A model generated the notes under the pieces. It saw nothing but the letters and a program-made list of their open reading frames with translations, did not search any database and had not been told where the DNA came from. The position numbers were made by a program, and so were the translations under genes. From NCBI GenBank assembly GCA_049860595.1, contig CP187551.1: a stretch of 64,000 nt of DNA; one strand, written 5' to 3'. This stretch comes from Methanocaldococcus sp. 16A. Its GTDB lineage: Archaea; AGJL01; Methanococci; Methanococcales; Methanocaldococcaceae. Positions within the stretch are counted from its first letter, which is position 1, and every line of letters starts with the position of its first letter. Positions 29,931 to 41,239 of the stretch are shown here, piece by piece.

Positions 29931-30379
29931 AATCACACAAAAAATTTTAAAACAAATATTTAAAATTTTTCTTTAAATTTTAAATTCTAACAATACACTC
30001 ATTTTTTTGTTATTTATCTTTTAGTTTATATTAAAATAGGATGTTTTTAGCAAAAAAGAATCTAAATATAGAAAAATCAATAATTAAATTTTCAATACCA
30101 TATGTCTGATTTTAATTATATTTTTTTAATCATTTAATTTTTAATCATTTAATATTCTTTAAAACTTAAATACGTATATTACCTAATTAATATCACAGAT
30201 TTTTTCGCCAACATCATCAATAGATAATTTTCCCACAATTAATGAAAAAATCGCTCATACCTTTGAGTGATTCAGTTAAGGGAACCTGAATTTAGTATAT
30301 CTACCGTTAGAAAGGTTTATCTTTGGGATGTATCCAAGACAGCATAAATTACTGACATACTAACACTAATTTTATTTGC

Positions 30380-31057
30380 TTATTTGCAACATTTTATAAT
30401 CCAATTATAATATAAATCAACAGCCAAATTCGTTGATTTAATAAAAGTATCTAATTTTCCTTGAGTCATTTTGCCTTCTTCAAAAATAATTTCTAGATCA
30501 TTAGTAATTCTGCATTTCTTATTTCTATCAGCAATTCCATTATTATGAACAATAATATTTCTCAAATCTATTAAGCAATCCCACTTCTCTTTTTCATCTT
30601 GAGTAATTAGTTTTTTATTATATGTCTCTTTAATAATTCCACTAAGATATATTAATTTTCCCGAAGCGATTCTATTATTATACCATCCATTTAAAGGATG
30701 ATTTTCATTTTTAATTGCTTCTTTTGCACAAAATTCAATTGATGACATTGTAGGAATAAACAAAATACTCCTTGTAGCCATGAAAACTCTTTCACCATTT
30801 TCTCTTCTAACTCTTTCTAACTCATCTGGAGTTTCTGGAACTTTTAATCCGAATATTTGTGGATTACACCAGATGTTGTAATAAAAGTTTAACAATTCTT
30901 GAGTTTGGGTAGCATGGTTATATATCATTCCAAAACATCCTGCTCTAATATCATCTTCAGCATCAAATTTTTCATTAAGTTCATCTTGATATCTTGCACA
31001 TTTATTTCTGAGATCTTCTAACAAATCTAATAATTCTTTCATCATCTCATCTCCCAA
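30380..31057 (-). CDS. Hypothetical protein with HEPN-like Rx4H motif
   Basis: Helical 225-aa ORF; LIDLRNIIVHNNG in C-terminal third; SSIEFCAK upstream. Confidence 0.55.
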   Translation of the reverse strand: MGDEMMKELLDLLEDLRNKCARYQDELNEKFDAEDDIRAGCFGMIYNHATQTQELLNFYYNIWCNPQIFGLKVPETPDELERVRRENGERVFMATRSILFIPTMSSIEFCAKEAIKNENHPLNGWYNNRIASGKLIYLSGIIKETYNKKLITQDEKEKWDCLIDLRNIIVHNNGIADRNKKCRITNDLEIIFEEGKMTQGKLDTFIKSTNLAVDLYYNWIIKCCK

Positions 31058-31417
31058 TTTGATAATTTTTTATTTTTTAGTTAGATATTATTAGTATTTA
31101 TCATTTAAAGTAAAACCAATATATTTCAGCTAACTTCCTATAAAAAATAATAAACAAAAATCCCATAAAAATCTTATTAATTTAATACATCCTAATAAAT
31201 AAAATATTCAAAATAATCTTCCATTAGAAATTATCTAAAAATCCATAAAATCAAAAAATAAAGATTTTAAAGTAGTTAATCTTAAATCTAAAACTTTTTA
31301 TCGTGATAAATATAATCCCACTGACAAACTTAAACTAAAATATAGAATGGTTATATTAAAATACCTTACATGTAATTTTAATATAAAATTATTACAAAAA
31401 ATAGTGCTGGTGATAAG

Positions 31418-33064
31418 ATGCCTACAATAAATGTAAAAAAAGCTGATTTGGAGAGATTAGTAAATATGCCCTTAGAAGATGAGTTTATTGAGGAAAAATT
31501 TCCAATGATGGGTGTTGAGGTCGAAGGAATCTTTGAAGAAGATGGAGAAAAAATTATTCAATTCTCAATAAACCCAAATAGACCAGATTATTTAAGTGCT
31601 GAAGGTTTGGCAAGAGGTTTTAGGGGAATTATTGGAATAGAAACAGGATTAAAAAAATATGATATTGAGAGTTCAGATGTAAAGCTATATGTTGAAAATG
31701 TTGAAACAAGGCCCTATATAGCAATGGCTTTAGTTAAAGGGGTTATTATTGATGATTATGTTTTAGAGAGTATAATTAACCTTCAAGAGAAATTACACTG
31801 GGTTATGGGAAGAGATAGGAAAAAAGTGGCAATAGGAATTCACGATGCGGATAAAGTTAAGCCTCCATTCTACTATAAAGAAATTGGTGGAGAAGAGATT
31901 AAATTTGTCCCATTGAACTCTGAAGAAGAGATGACTCCAAGAGAGATTTTAGAAAAACATGAAAAAGGAATAAAATATGCCCATTTGATTAAAGATGACA
32001 AGTTTCCAATAATATTAGATAGTGAAGGAAACGTCCTATCCATGCCTCCAATAATTAATGGAGAATTAACTAGAGTTACAACAACAACGAGAAATTTGTT
32101 GATTGATGTTACTGGAACTGATAAGTATGCCGTTGAGAAGACATTAAATATTATTGTTACAGCATTGGCAGAGAGAAAATACGCTAAGATACATGCTGTT
32201 GAAGTAATTAAAAATAATGAAAAAACTGTATATCCAGATTTAAAAGAAGATGTTTTAGAAACAACTCCAGATTATATAAACAAAGTTTTAGGAACTAATT
32301 TAACTCCTGGAGCTATAATAAATTACTTAAGAAGATGTAGATTAGAAGCTCAATTTGTAGATAACAAAATAAAGGTTTTCATTCCAGCTTATAGAGTAGA
32401 TGTATTTGGAGAGATTGATATTGCTGAAGAAGTAGCTATTGCTTACGGTTATAATAAATTCTCTGGAGAGTATCCAATTATAGGAACTATTGGTGAGCTT
32501 GATAAATTAGAAAAGAAGTGTGATTTTATAAGAGAAATTATGGTTGGATTTGGGTTTTATGAGGTTATAAACTTAATGCTATCAAATGATGATGTTTTAT
32601 TTAAAAAGATGAGGATTGAAGACAACAACTATATAGAAGTTTTAAAGCCAGCATCAATTGAACACAGAATAGTTAGAAAAAGCATTCTACCATTATTAAT
32701 GGAAACTTTGAGGATAAATAAGCATAAAGAATTACCTCATAAAATATTTGAGATTGGAGATTGTGTAGTTATTGATGAAAATGCTGAAACAAAATCAAGA
32801 GTTGTTAAAAAAATAGCTGGGGTTATTGTAGATAATGAAACAAACTTTAATGAGATAAAGAGCTATGTTGAAGGATTGCTGAGAGAACTAAAAATTGAGT
32901 ATGAGCTTGATAATTTTGAACATCCTTCATTTATTAAAGGTAGATGCGCAAAAATTTTAAAAGATGGAAAAATTATTGGCTACTTTGGAGAAATTCATCC
33001 AGAAGTTATTACAAACTTTGAATTAGAGTTTCCAGTTGTAGGATTTGAGTTAGAAATTGAATAG
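31418..33064 (+). CDS. pheT: Phenylalanyl-tRNA synthetase beta subunit
   Basis: [47 protein letters not shown]. Confidence 0.97.
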   Translation: MPTINVKKADLERLVNMPLEDEFIEEKFPMMGVEVEGIFEEDGEKIIQFSINPNRPDYLSAEGLARGFRGIIGIETGLKKYDIESSDVKLYVENVETRPYIAMALVKGVIIDDYVLESIINLQEKLHWVMGRDRKKVAIGIHDADKVKPPFYYKEIGGEEIKFVPLNSEEEMTPREILEKHEKGIKYAHLIKDDKFPIILDSEGNVLSMPPIINGELTRVTTTTRNLLIDVTGTDKYAVEKTLNIIVTALAERKYAKIHAVEVIKNNEKTVYPDLKEDVLETTPDYINKVLGTNLTPGAIINYLRRCRLEAQFVDNKIKVFIPAYRVDVFGEIDIAEEVAIAYGYNKFSGEYPIIGTIGELDKLEKKCDFIREIMVGFGFYEVINLMLSNDDVLFKKMRIEDNNYIEVLKPASIEHRIVRKSILPLLMETLRINKHKELPHKIFEIGDCVVIDENAETKSRVVKKIAGVIVDNETNFNEIKSYVEGLLRELKIEYELDNFEHPSFIKGRCAKILKDGKIIGYFGEIHPEVITNFELEFPVVGFELEIE

Positions 33065-33155
33065 GACTTTCGCAGTTTATAAATTAAGTAATGAAAAAAT
33101 TATTCCCTTGGCATCGAAAATTTCTTTCAATATTTATTCCTGCGAAAGTCCTATT
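33060..33155. repeat. Palindromic repeat copy; supplies pheT stop codon
   Basis: AATAGGACTTTCGCAG...CTGCGAAAGTCCTATT; TAG 33062-33064 is pheT stop; TTGAA on both sides of TAGG...CCTA core. Confidence 0.88.
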
Positions 33156-33209
33156 GAATAATTCTAATGTCTTGTATAGATATTTATAAAAAATTTTTTA
33201 AGTGAAAAT

Positions 33210-33764
33210 ATGCTTAAAAAACTCTTATATAAAATTGAAAAATTAAGGAACAATGAATTAGAAGGATTTGAAATTTTAAAAGAGCATATACAAAGCTTAG
33301 ATGAGTTTCAATATCGACAGATAGTTGAGAGATTAAAGCTTCAAATTGAGATTGTTGAAAAATATAACCCAAAGGTTAGGCCTGCAATAGACCCAGTAGT
33401 TTCTACAGAACTTGGAATTTATAGAAGATTGGATGATTTTGAGATAGGAAAACTTTTAGATTACCCAGAATGTTGTATAAAATCTTTTGTTGAAGATTTT
33501 AGAATATCAATAGATAGAGAACATTTAAAAGAAGTTGAAGAAATGAAAGATGAGTTAAAAAATAAAGGAATTTATGCTATTGTCTTACCTTCTGGTTTTA
33601 TTCCTTGCAGTTTGAAATGTAAAGAGGCAATAAAAAGAGGATATATTGGATATTTAAATAAAGAAGAGTTTGATAAAATATTGAAGCTTGAGAAAGAGCT
33701 TAAAGAAAAAATTAAGCATTGGCACTTTGGATATGACGAATACTATGAAAAAATAATTTTATAA
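33210..33764 (+). CDS. DUF483-family protein
   Basis: GKLLDYPECCIKSF and SGFIPCSLKC motifs. Confidence 0.65.
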   Translation: MLKKLLYKIEKLRNNELEGFEILKEHIQSLDEFQYRQIVERLKLQIEIVEKYNPKVRPAIDPVVSTELGIYRRLDDFEIGKLLDYPECCIKSFVEDFRISIDREHLKEVEEMKDELKNKGIYAIVLPSGFIPCSLKCKEAIKRGYIGYLNKEEFDKILKLEKELKEKIKHWHFGYDEYYEKIIL

Positions 33765-33769
33765 TTTTT

Positions 33770-34438
33770 TTGGTGTTAGTTATGTACATCATAATAGCTG
33801 GGATTGGTAGAGTAGGTTATACTTTGGCTAAATCTCTATCTGATAAAGGATATGATGTAGTTTTAATTGATATAGATAAAGAAGTCTGTAAAAAAGCTTC
33901 TACAGAGATTGATGCTTTAGTGATAAATGGTGATTGCACAAAAACAAAAACTTTGGAAGAGGCAGGAATAGAAGATGCAGATATGTATATAGCGGTTACT
34001 GGAAAGGAAGAAGTTAATTTAATGAGTTCATTATTGGCAAAGAGTTATGGAGTTGATAAAACTATTGCAAGAATTTCTGAAATAGAGTATAAAGATGTTT
34101 TTGAAAGGTTGGGTGTTGATGTAGTTATTTCTCCAGAGCTAATAGCTGCTAACTATATTGAAAAATTAATAGAGAGACCTGGAATCTTAGATTTAACTAT
34201 TGTTGGTAGGGGAGAGGCTGAGATTTTAGAGTTTATAATCCCAGAAAAATCTAAGGTAGTCAATAAAAAGATAAAAGACCTTGGAAGGCCGAGAGATTAT
34301 TTAATAATTGCCGTTTATGATGGGGATGAGATAAAAATCCCAAGTGGAGATACTGAATTAAAAGCAGGAGATAGAGTTTTAGTTTTAGTTAAAAAAGATG
34401 CTGCTGATACCATAAGAAAGATGTTTTTAGAAGAATAA
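33770..34438 (+). CDS. trkA: Trk potassium uptake NAD-binding protein
   Basis: GIGRVG Rossmann (RCK_N) plus RCK_C (IPSGDTELKAGD). Confidence 0.92.
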   Translation: MVLVMYIIIAGIGRVGYTLAKSLSDKGYDVVLIDIDKEVCKKASTEIDALVINGDCTKTKTLEEAGIEDADMYIAVTGKEEVNLMSSLLAKSYGVDKTIARISEIEYKDVFERLGVDVVISPELIAANYIEKLIERPGILDLTIVGRGEAEILEFIIPEKSKVVNKKIKDLGRPRDYLIIAVYDGDEIKIPSGDTELKAGDRVLVLVKKDAADTIRKMFLEE

Positions 34439-34452
34439 GGTTAGAAGAATAA

Positions 34453-35355
<903 letters not shown>

Positions 35356-35381
35356 TAGGATTTTCTAATTAATGCATTATT

Positions 35382-35864
35382 TCATTTCCCTTTATAAATT
35401 CCCTCATAAACTCCTCTAACATCTTTACACTTAACAAAAACAATTTGTGCAATTCTTGCGTATCTATAGATAGTTATTGGATTAAAAACCTGCAGTAAAT
35501 ATTCTGGCCTCCCTTCATATCCAGGGTCGTGAACTGCAGAGTATAAAGTTGCTCCCATTCTCAATAAAGAGCTTCTTGGAAATACAAAAGCCGCCATATT
35601 ATTAGGAATTTTTATATATTCTGCTACTTTTACAATGTAAATTCCCTTATCTAATCTTATAAATTCATCTTTTTCAGAGTTAAATATCTCAATGTAATTT
35701 GGTAACTTTCTTTTTTCGTTTGAAAAATCGATAACTCCCTCTCCTTCTATTTTAAATATTTTCCAAACTCTTAAATCAATTCCACACTGTTGAATTTGCT
35801 CATCTTTCAAATTATCAAAAAAATTTTTTGAGGTATTAGGACCAATAATCATTAATTCCACCAA
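35382..35864 (-). CDS. dut: dUTPase (dCTP deaminase/dUTPase superfamily)
   Basis: GIDLR, PRSSLLRMG, HDPGYEG, RIAQIVF. Confidence 0.85.
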   Translation of the reverse strand: MVELMIIGPNTSKNFFDNLKDEQIQQCGIDLRVWKIFKIEGEGVIDFSNEKRKLPNYIEIFNSEKDEFIRLDKGIYIVKVAEYIKIPNNMAAFVFPRSSLLRMGATLYSAVHDPGYEGRPEYLLQVFNPITIYRYARIAQIVFVKCKDVRGVYEGIYKGK

Positions 35865-35873
35865 TTTAATTTT

Positions 35874-37106
35874 TTAATTTTCTTTTAATTTTTTAAAAAT
35901 TAACTCATCCTTTTTATATACAAAAGTATTGCTCTCAATGTCTCTATCTATTAAGCAGCTTGCTCCTATCCAGCAATTGCTACCAACCTTAACTCCCGGC
36001 ATAAAAGAGACTTGAATGCCAGTTTTAACATTATCTCCCATTATTACTCCCAATTTTCTTACACTTTCAACTCTTTTACCTTTTATATTAACTTTAACAG
36101 GTTTGTCATCAAATCTTAAGTTGGCAGTTATTGTATTGCATCCAAAGTTGCAATTTTCCCCTATAATACTATCTCCAACATAAGAGAGATGAGGAATTTT
36201 TGTATTTTTCATTATTATGCTTGCCTTAACTTCAGATGAGTTTCCAACAAAAGTATTTTCCATTAAAACTGTGTATGGCCTTATATATGCTAACGGCCCC
36301 ACAACTGCCCCTTTTTTAATAATTGCAGGCCCTTCAATAACTGAATTTGCTTTAATAACTGCTCCTTCTTCAATTATTACCTTTCCTTTAATAACTACAT
36401 TTTCTTCAATTTTTCCTTTAATATTTGTATTTATTTTATTTAGAAGATGTTTATTTGCTTCTAAAACATTCCATGGCCTTCCAACATCGTTCCAATATCC
36501 ATTTAACTTAATACCTTTAACCTTTTCTTCTTTAATAAGCTGTTTTATTGCATCTGTAATTTCTCTCTCCCCTCTTTCAGAGATTTTTGTTTTTTCAATT
36601 AAATCAAAAATCTTTCTATCAAATTTATATATTCCAGCATTTATTAAATTTGATTTTGGATTTTTTGGTTTTTCTTGTAGTTCTATAATGTTATTTTCAT
36701 CATCTAAAACCACTACACCAAAATTTTCAGGATTTTTTGTTTCTTTAACAGCAATGGCATATTTATATTTTAAAAATCTCCTTAAATCATCTTCAAAGAT
36801 AATATCTCCATTTATAACTAAAAATTCGTTATCTACATAATCCTTAGCAGTTAAAACTGCCTGTCCAGTTCCGTCTATTTTCCCCTGCTCTAAAAATTTG
36901 ATTTTTGGATAATCTTTGAAGTAATCAATAATTTTTTCTTTTTTGTACTTAACAATTAGGTAAATATTATCTACTAAATCTTCAACTTTCTCAATAATAT
37001 GTTGCAAAATTGGCTTTCCAGCTATGGGAATCATTGGTTTTGGCCTATTTTCAGTTAATGGTCTCAATCTTTCCCCTTTCCCCGCACATAATATTATAGC
37101 ATCCAT
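35874..37106 (-). CDS. glmU: Bifunctional sugar-1-phosphate nucleotidylyltransferase/acetyltransferase (archaeal GlmU)
   Basis: LCAGKGERLRPLT..RPKPM; hexapeptide repeats; HLSYVGDS. Confidence 0.92.
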   Translation of the reverse strand: MDAIILCAGKGERLRPLTENRPKPMIPIAGKPILQHIIEKVEDLVDNIYLIVKYKKEKIIDYFKDYPKIKFLEQGKIDGTGQAVLTAKDYVDNEFLVINGDIIFEDDLRRFLKYKYAIAVKETKNPENFGVVVLDDENNIIELQEKPKNPKSNLINAGIYKFDRKIFDLIEKTKISERGEREITDAIKQLIKEEKVKGIKLNGYWNDVGRPWNVLEANKHLLNKINTNIKGKIEENVVIKGKVIIEEGAVIKANSVIEGPAIIKKGAVVGPLAYIRPYTVLMENTFVGNSSEVKASIIMKNTKIPHLSYVGDSIIGENCNFGCNTITANLRFDDKPVKVNIKGKRVESVRKLGVIMGDNVKTGIQVSFMPGVKVGSNCWIGASCLIDRDIESNTFVYKKDELIFKKLKEN

Positions 37107-37122
37107 TTATATCACCAAAATT

Positions 37123-38469
37123 TTATGAAGAAGCTATACCATCTTTAACTAACTTTAATCCTTTTTCCAACAATTCTTTAGCTAAATTTCTATCTTTAGC
37201 TTCAACTCTAATCCTTATGTATGGTTCAGTTCCTGAAGGTCTTATTAAGATCCATCCATTTTCTAAGTTAAATCTTGCCCCATCAACTGTGTCAGGAATT
37301 GTTTTAAATAAACTTTCCCCATTTTCAATAATATAATTCATTACTTTTTCTTTTTTGCTATCTTCACAAGGAATCTTCTCCCTCAAATTTATATAAGATG
37401 GAATTTCGTCTAATATCTCATATAATTTCTTATTGTAAAATTCTAACATCTCTAAAACTCTCAATCCACTTAGAATACCATCTGGTGTTAAATGTATATC
37501 TGCATGAATCCAAGTACCAGATGGCTCTCCACCAAAAACAGCAGAGTTTTTAATCATTTCTTCAGCAACAGCCACATCTCCAACTTTTGTTCTTATTATT
37601 TCAACATCTAAATCTTTTAAATATTCATCAATAATCATTGAAGCATCAACTGTTGTAACAATCTTTTTGTTGTTAGTTTTTTCAACCATATATCTTGAGA
37701 AAGCTGCTAACAACTTATCAAAATCAGCCAATCTTCCTTTTTCGTCTATTGCTACCATCCTATCTGCATCTCCATCATGAGCTATGCCAATATAATTCAT
37801 CTCATTTGAATTTAGGCCTTTAACCATATCCATTGTCTTTCTTAGGTTTTTTTCATCTGGTTCTGGCAATCTACCAATAAATCTTCCATCCATGTGGCTA
37901 TTAACTGATATAACATGACAGCCAATATCTGTAAATAAGTATGGAGAGACTAAACAGGCAGAGGCGTTTGCACAATCAACAACAACATTAAATTTCTCAT
38001 GTACTTCAACATTTTTAAGAATATGTTCCATATAGTTTCTTATTGCTCTGCAATCTTCCCAAATATCCCCCACTTTATCCCATCCTACTTCAACAAAATC
38101 TTCTTTGAATATAATTTCCTCTATTTCATCTTCTTCTTTTTTATTAAAAGCTAAACCATTTTTATTGAAGAGCTTTATTCCATTATACTCTGGAGGATTG
38201 TGAGAGGCAGTAATCATAACTCCAACATCATAATTTCTTGCATTAAAACCTAAAACAGGTGTAGGAACAATATCTATAGTTGTAACCTCCCCCCCTCCAT
38301 TTAAAATTCCTGCAATTAATGCTGTTTCAATTAACTTTCCAGTAGTTCTTGTATCTCTTCCAACTACAACATTTTTATACTTTTTAGCTATAGCTAATCC
38401 TACTTTATAGGCAATTTTTGGTGATAAGTTTTTCATTCTTATTCCAGAAGTTCCAAATAATTTTCCCAT
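37123..38469 (-). CDS. glmM: Phosphoglucosamine mutase / phosphohexomutase
   Basis: FGTSGIR, TASHNP, DGDADR, RPSGTEP; next to glmU. Confidence 0.92.
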   Translation of the reverse strand: MGKLFGTSGIRMKNLSPKIAYKVGLAIAKKYKNVVVGRDTRTTGKLIETALIAGILNGGGEVTTIDIVPTPVLGFNARNYDVGVMITASHNPPEYNGIKLFNKNGLAFNKKEEDEIEEIIFKEDFVEVGWDKVGDIWEDCRAIRNYMEHILKNVEVHEKFNVVVDCANASACLVSPYLFTDIGCHVISVNSHMDGRFIGRLPEPDEKNLRKTMDMVKGLNSNEMNYIGIAHDGDADRMVAIDEKGRLADFDKLLAAFSRYMVEKTNNKKIVTTVDASMIIDEYLKDLDVEIIRTKVGDVAVAEEMIKNSAVFGGEPSGTWIHADIHLTPDGILSGLRVLEMLEFYNKKLYEILDEIPSYINLREKIPCEDSKKEKVMNYIIENGESLFKTIPDTVDGARFNLENGWILIRPSGTEPYIRIRVEAKDRNLAKELLEKGLKLVKDGIASS

Positions 38470-38537
38470 AATATCACCATAAAAAATACTAAATCTTAAA
38501 ATCTTAAAACATAAAAGTTTTTATATAAATTTTTGAT

Positions 38538-38736
38538 AATAGGACTTTCACAAGAGTAAATATTATAGGACTTTCGCAGTTTATATATTAATCTATAATA
38601 AAAATATAATGTCTATGGCATCAAATCTACCTTATTAATATTTATTCAACGAGAATCCTATATTATTGTTATAAATATTAATCCTAAATGGTATCTAAGT
38701 TCCAAATGTAAAGGTATAAAACTGTGAAGTCCTATT
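38538..38736. repeat. Nested pair of palindromic repeats (inner copy 38564-38662 inside outer copy)
   Basis: Outer AATAGGACTTTCACAAG...CTGTGAAGTCCTATT; inner TATAGGACTTTCGCAG...CGAGAATCCTATA; removing the inner copy leaves a 100-bp unit. Confidence 0.75.
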
Positions 38737-38779
38737 AATTCTCAATTAAAATTAATATCAATATCATAGGTGTAACGTT

Positions 38780-39487
38780 ATGATACTATTGGTAAGTCCT
38801 ATAGATGTTGAAGAAGCAAAAGAGGCTATAGCTGGAGGAGCAGATATCATAGATGTAAAGAATCCAAAAGAGGGTTCTTTAGGAGCTAACTTTCCATGGA
38901 TGATTAAGGCTATTAGAGAGATAACACCAAAAGATTTGTTGGTTAGTGCTACAGTTGGAGATGTCCCTTATAAGCCAGGGACAATTTCTTTAGCTGCAGT
39001 TGGAGCGGCTATAAGTGGAGCTGATTATATAAAAGTTGGATTGTATGGAGTTAAAAGTTATTATCAGGCAGTTGAGTTAATGAAAAATGTTGTTAAAGCT
39101 GTTAAGGATATTGACGAGGATAAAATAGTTGTTGCTGCAGGATATGCTGATGCTTATAGAGTAGGAGCTGTTGAACCTCTTATTATTCCAAAGATCGCAA
39201 GAGATGCTGGATGCGATGTTGCTATGCTTGACACAGCAATAAAAGATGGAAAAACATTGTTTGATTTCCAAAGTAAAGAAATTTTAGCAGAATTTGTTGA
39301 AGAAACTCATGATTATGGATTAAAGTGTGCTTTAGCAGGTTCAATAAAAAAAGAACACATACCAATTTTAAAAGAGATAGGAACTGATATAGTAGGTGTT
39401 AGAGGAGCGGCTTGTAAAGGAGGAGACAGAAATAATGGTAGAATAGACAGAGAGTTAGTTAGAGAATTGAAAGAACTTTGTAAATAA
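38780..39487 (+). CDS. mfnB: 4-(hydroxymethyl)-2-furancarboxaldehyde-phosphate synthase (methanofuran biosynthesis)
   Basis: [46 protein letters not shown]. Confidence 0.92.
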   Translation: MILLVSPIDVEEAKEAIAGGADIIDVKNPKEGSLGANFPWMIKAIREITPKDLLVSATVGDVPYKPGTISLAAVGAAISGADYIKVGLYGVKSYYQAVELMKNVVKAVKDIDEDKIVVAAGYADAYRVGAVEPLIIPKIARDAGCDVAMLDTAIKDGKTLFDFQSKEILAEFVEETHDYGLKCALAGSIKKEHIPILKEIGTDIVGVRGAACKGGDRNNGRIDRELVRELKELCK

Positions 39488-39528
39488 ATATTATAATAAT
39501 TTTTTAATTTTATTTTATTTATTTTCTT

Positions 39529-39600
39529 GCCCCGGTGGGGTAGCGGATATCCTTTGACACTGCGGATGTCAAGACCCGGGTTCGAATCCCGGCCGGGGCG
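39529..39600 (+). tRNA. tRNA-Arg(GCG)
   Basis: Acceptor GCCCCGG/CCGGGGC, anticodon arm TGACA-CTGCGGA-TGTCA, T-arm CCGGG-TTCGAAT-CCCGG; CCA not encoded. Confidence 0.9.
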
Positions 39601-39611
39601 TATTTTTTATT

Positions 39612-39861
39612 CCATAAGGGGAAACCCCCTATTGGTATACACCGCATAGAGGGTAGCCCTCTATTGCTATACTCCCTAACACCTCTGCTAAAAGCAGAGG
39701 TGTAAATTTGGGTATTCCAAGGGAGTTAGCCTTATGGTTCGGGATACCCCACATCCATTAAGTTGCCCCTTTCAGGGGCAATTAATGTCCATTATTAAGA
39801 GGCATTGCTTCCTAAAGGAAGCAATGCATCCGTTTTGATGAAACTTTTTCTAAAAGTTTCA
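39612..39861. repeat. GC-rich array of stem-loops (REP/MITE-like or structured RNA) between tRNA-Arg and lysA
   Basis: Hairpins at 39646-39664, 39679-39703, 39756-39787, 39802-39827, 39839-39861 and others read directly. Confidence 0.7.
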
Positions 39862-39870
39862 GGTGAAAAG

Positions 39871-41178
39871 ATGTTTTTGGGCAATGATACAGTGGAGATA
39901 AAGGATGGAAGATTCTTTATAGATGGTTATGATGCTATAGAATTGGCTGAGAAGTTTGGGACTCCTTTATATGTAATGTCAGAGGAGCAAATAAAGATAA
40001 ACTATAACAAATACATTGAAGCTTTCAAAAGATGGGAAGAAGAGACAGGAAAGGAGTTTATTGTTGCCTATGCATATAAAGCAAATGCAAACTTGGCTAT
40101 TACAAGATTGTTAGCTAAGCTTGGTTGTGGGGCAGATGTTGTTAGTGGAGGAGAGCTATATATAGCAAAGTTGTCAAATGTACCTTCAGAGAAAATTGTT
40201 TTCAATGGAAACTGTAAAACAAAAGAAGAGATTATAATGGGAATTGAAGCAAATATAAGGGCTTTCAATGTTGATAGCATAAGTGAGTTAATTTTAATTA
40301 ATGAGACAGCAAAAGAGCTTGGAGAAGTGGCAAATGTAGCTTTCAGAATAAACCCGAACGTTAATCCAAAAACACATCCAAAGATTTCAACAGGTTTAAA
40401 GAAGAATAAGTTTGGTTTAGATGTTGAAAGTGGTTTGGCTTTGAAGGCAATAAAAATGGCTTTAGAGATGGAGAATGTAAATGTTGTTGGAGTTCATTGC
40501 CATATTGGTTCTCAATTAACAGATGTAAGTCCATTTGTTGAAGAAACTAGAAAAGTTATGGATTTTGTTGTTGAGTTGAAGAAAGAAGGTATTGAGATTG
40601 AGGATGTTAACTTAGGAGGAGGTTTAGGAATCCCTTATGAAAAAGATAAAGAAATCCCTACCCAAAAAGATTTGGCTGATGCAATAATAAACACAATGTT
40701 GGAATATAAAGATAAAGTAGAGATGCCAAACCTCATCTTAGAGCCTGGTAGAAGTTTGGTAGCTACTGCTGGTTATTTGTTGGGGAAGGTTCATCATGTA
40801 AAAGAAACACCAGTAACAAAATGGGTTATGATTGATGCAGGAATGAACGATATGATGAGACCTGCTATGTATGAGGCATATCATCACATAATAAACTGCA
40901 AAGTTAAGGATGAAAAAGAAAAGGTAAGTGTTGCTGGAGGGCTTTGTGAGAGTAGTGATGTCTTTGGTAGAGATAGAGAACTTGACAAAGTAGAGGTTGG
41001 AGATATATTGGCTATATTTGATGTTGGTGCATATGGAATAAGTATGGCTAACAACTATAACGCAAGAGGAAGACCAAGAATGGTTTTAACAAGTAAGAAG
41101 GGAGTGTTCTTAATTAGAGAAAAAGAGACATACGCTGATTTAATTGCTAAGGATATAATTCCTCCTCATTTGTTGTAA
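39871..41178 (+). CDS. lysA: Diaminopimelate decarboxylase
   Basis: YAYKAN, HIGSQ, EPGRSLVA, GLCESSD, GAYGISMANNYN; ATG 39871 after AGGTGA RBS. Confidence 0.97.
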   Translation: MFLGNDTVEIKDGRFFIDGYDAIELAEKFGTPLYVMSEEQIKINYNKYIEAFKRWEEETGKEFIVAYAYKANANLAITRLLAKLGCGADVVSGGELYIAKLSNVPSEKIVFNGNCKTKEEIIMGIEANIRAFNVDSISELILINETAKELGEVANVAFRINPNVNPKTHPKISTGLKKNKFGLDVESGLALKAIKMALEMENVNVVGVHCHIGSQLTDVSPFVEETRKVMDFVVELKKEGIEIEDVNLGGGLGIPYEKDKEIPTQKDLADAIINTMLEYKDKVEMPNLILEPGRSLVATAGYLLGKVHHVKETPVTKWVMIDAGMNDMMRPAMYEAYHHIINCKVKDEKEKVSVAGGLCESSDVFGRDRELDKVEVGDILAIFDVGAYGISMANNYNARGRPRMVLTSKKGVFLIREKETYADLIAKDIIPPHLL

Positions 41179-41239
41179 ATAAATTCTTAATTTTATTTTT
41201 TATTTATTCTTTTATTTTTTAAATTAAATATTTGGAGGG

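Noticed and set aside
30185-30360. Possible degraded gene downstream of the HEPN-like ORF
   Set aside because: Slightly higher complexity, but the minus-strand frames I translated stop quickly and no family is recognisable
39805-39870. N-terminal extension of LysA (MLPKGSNASV...)
   Set aside because: TTG start lies inside a repeat hairpin; ATG 39871 has a canonical AGGTGA RBS
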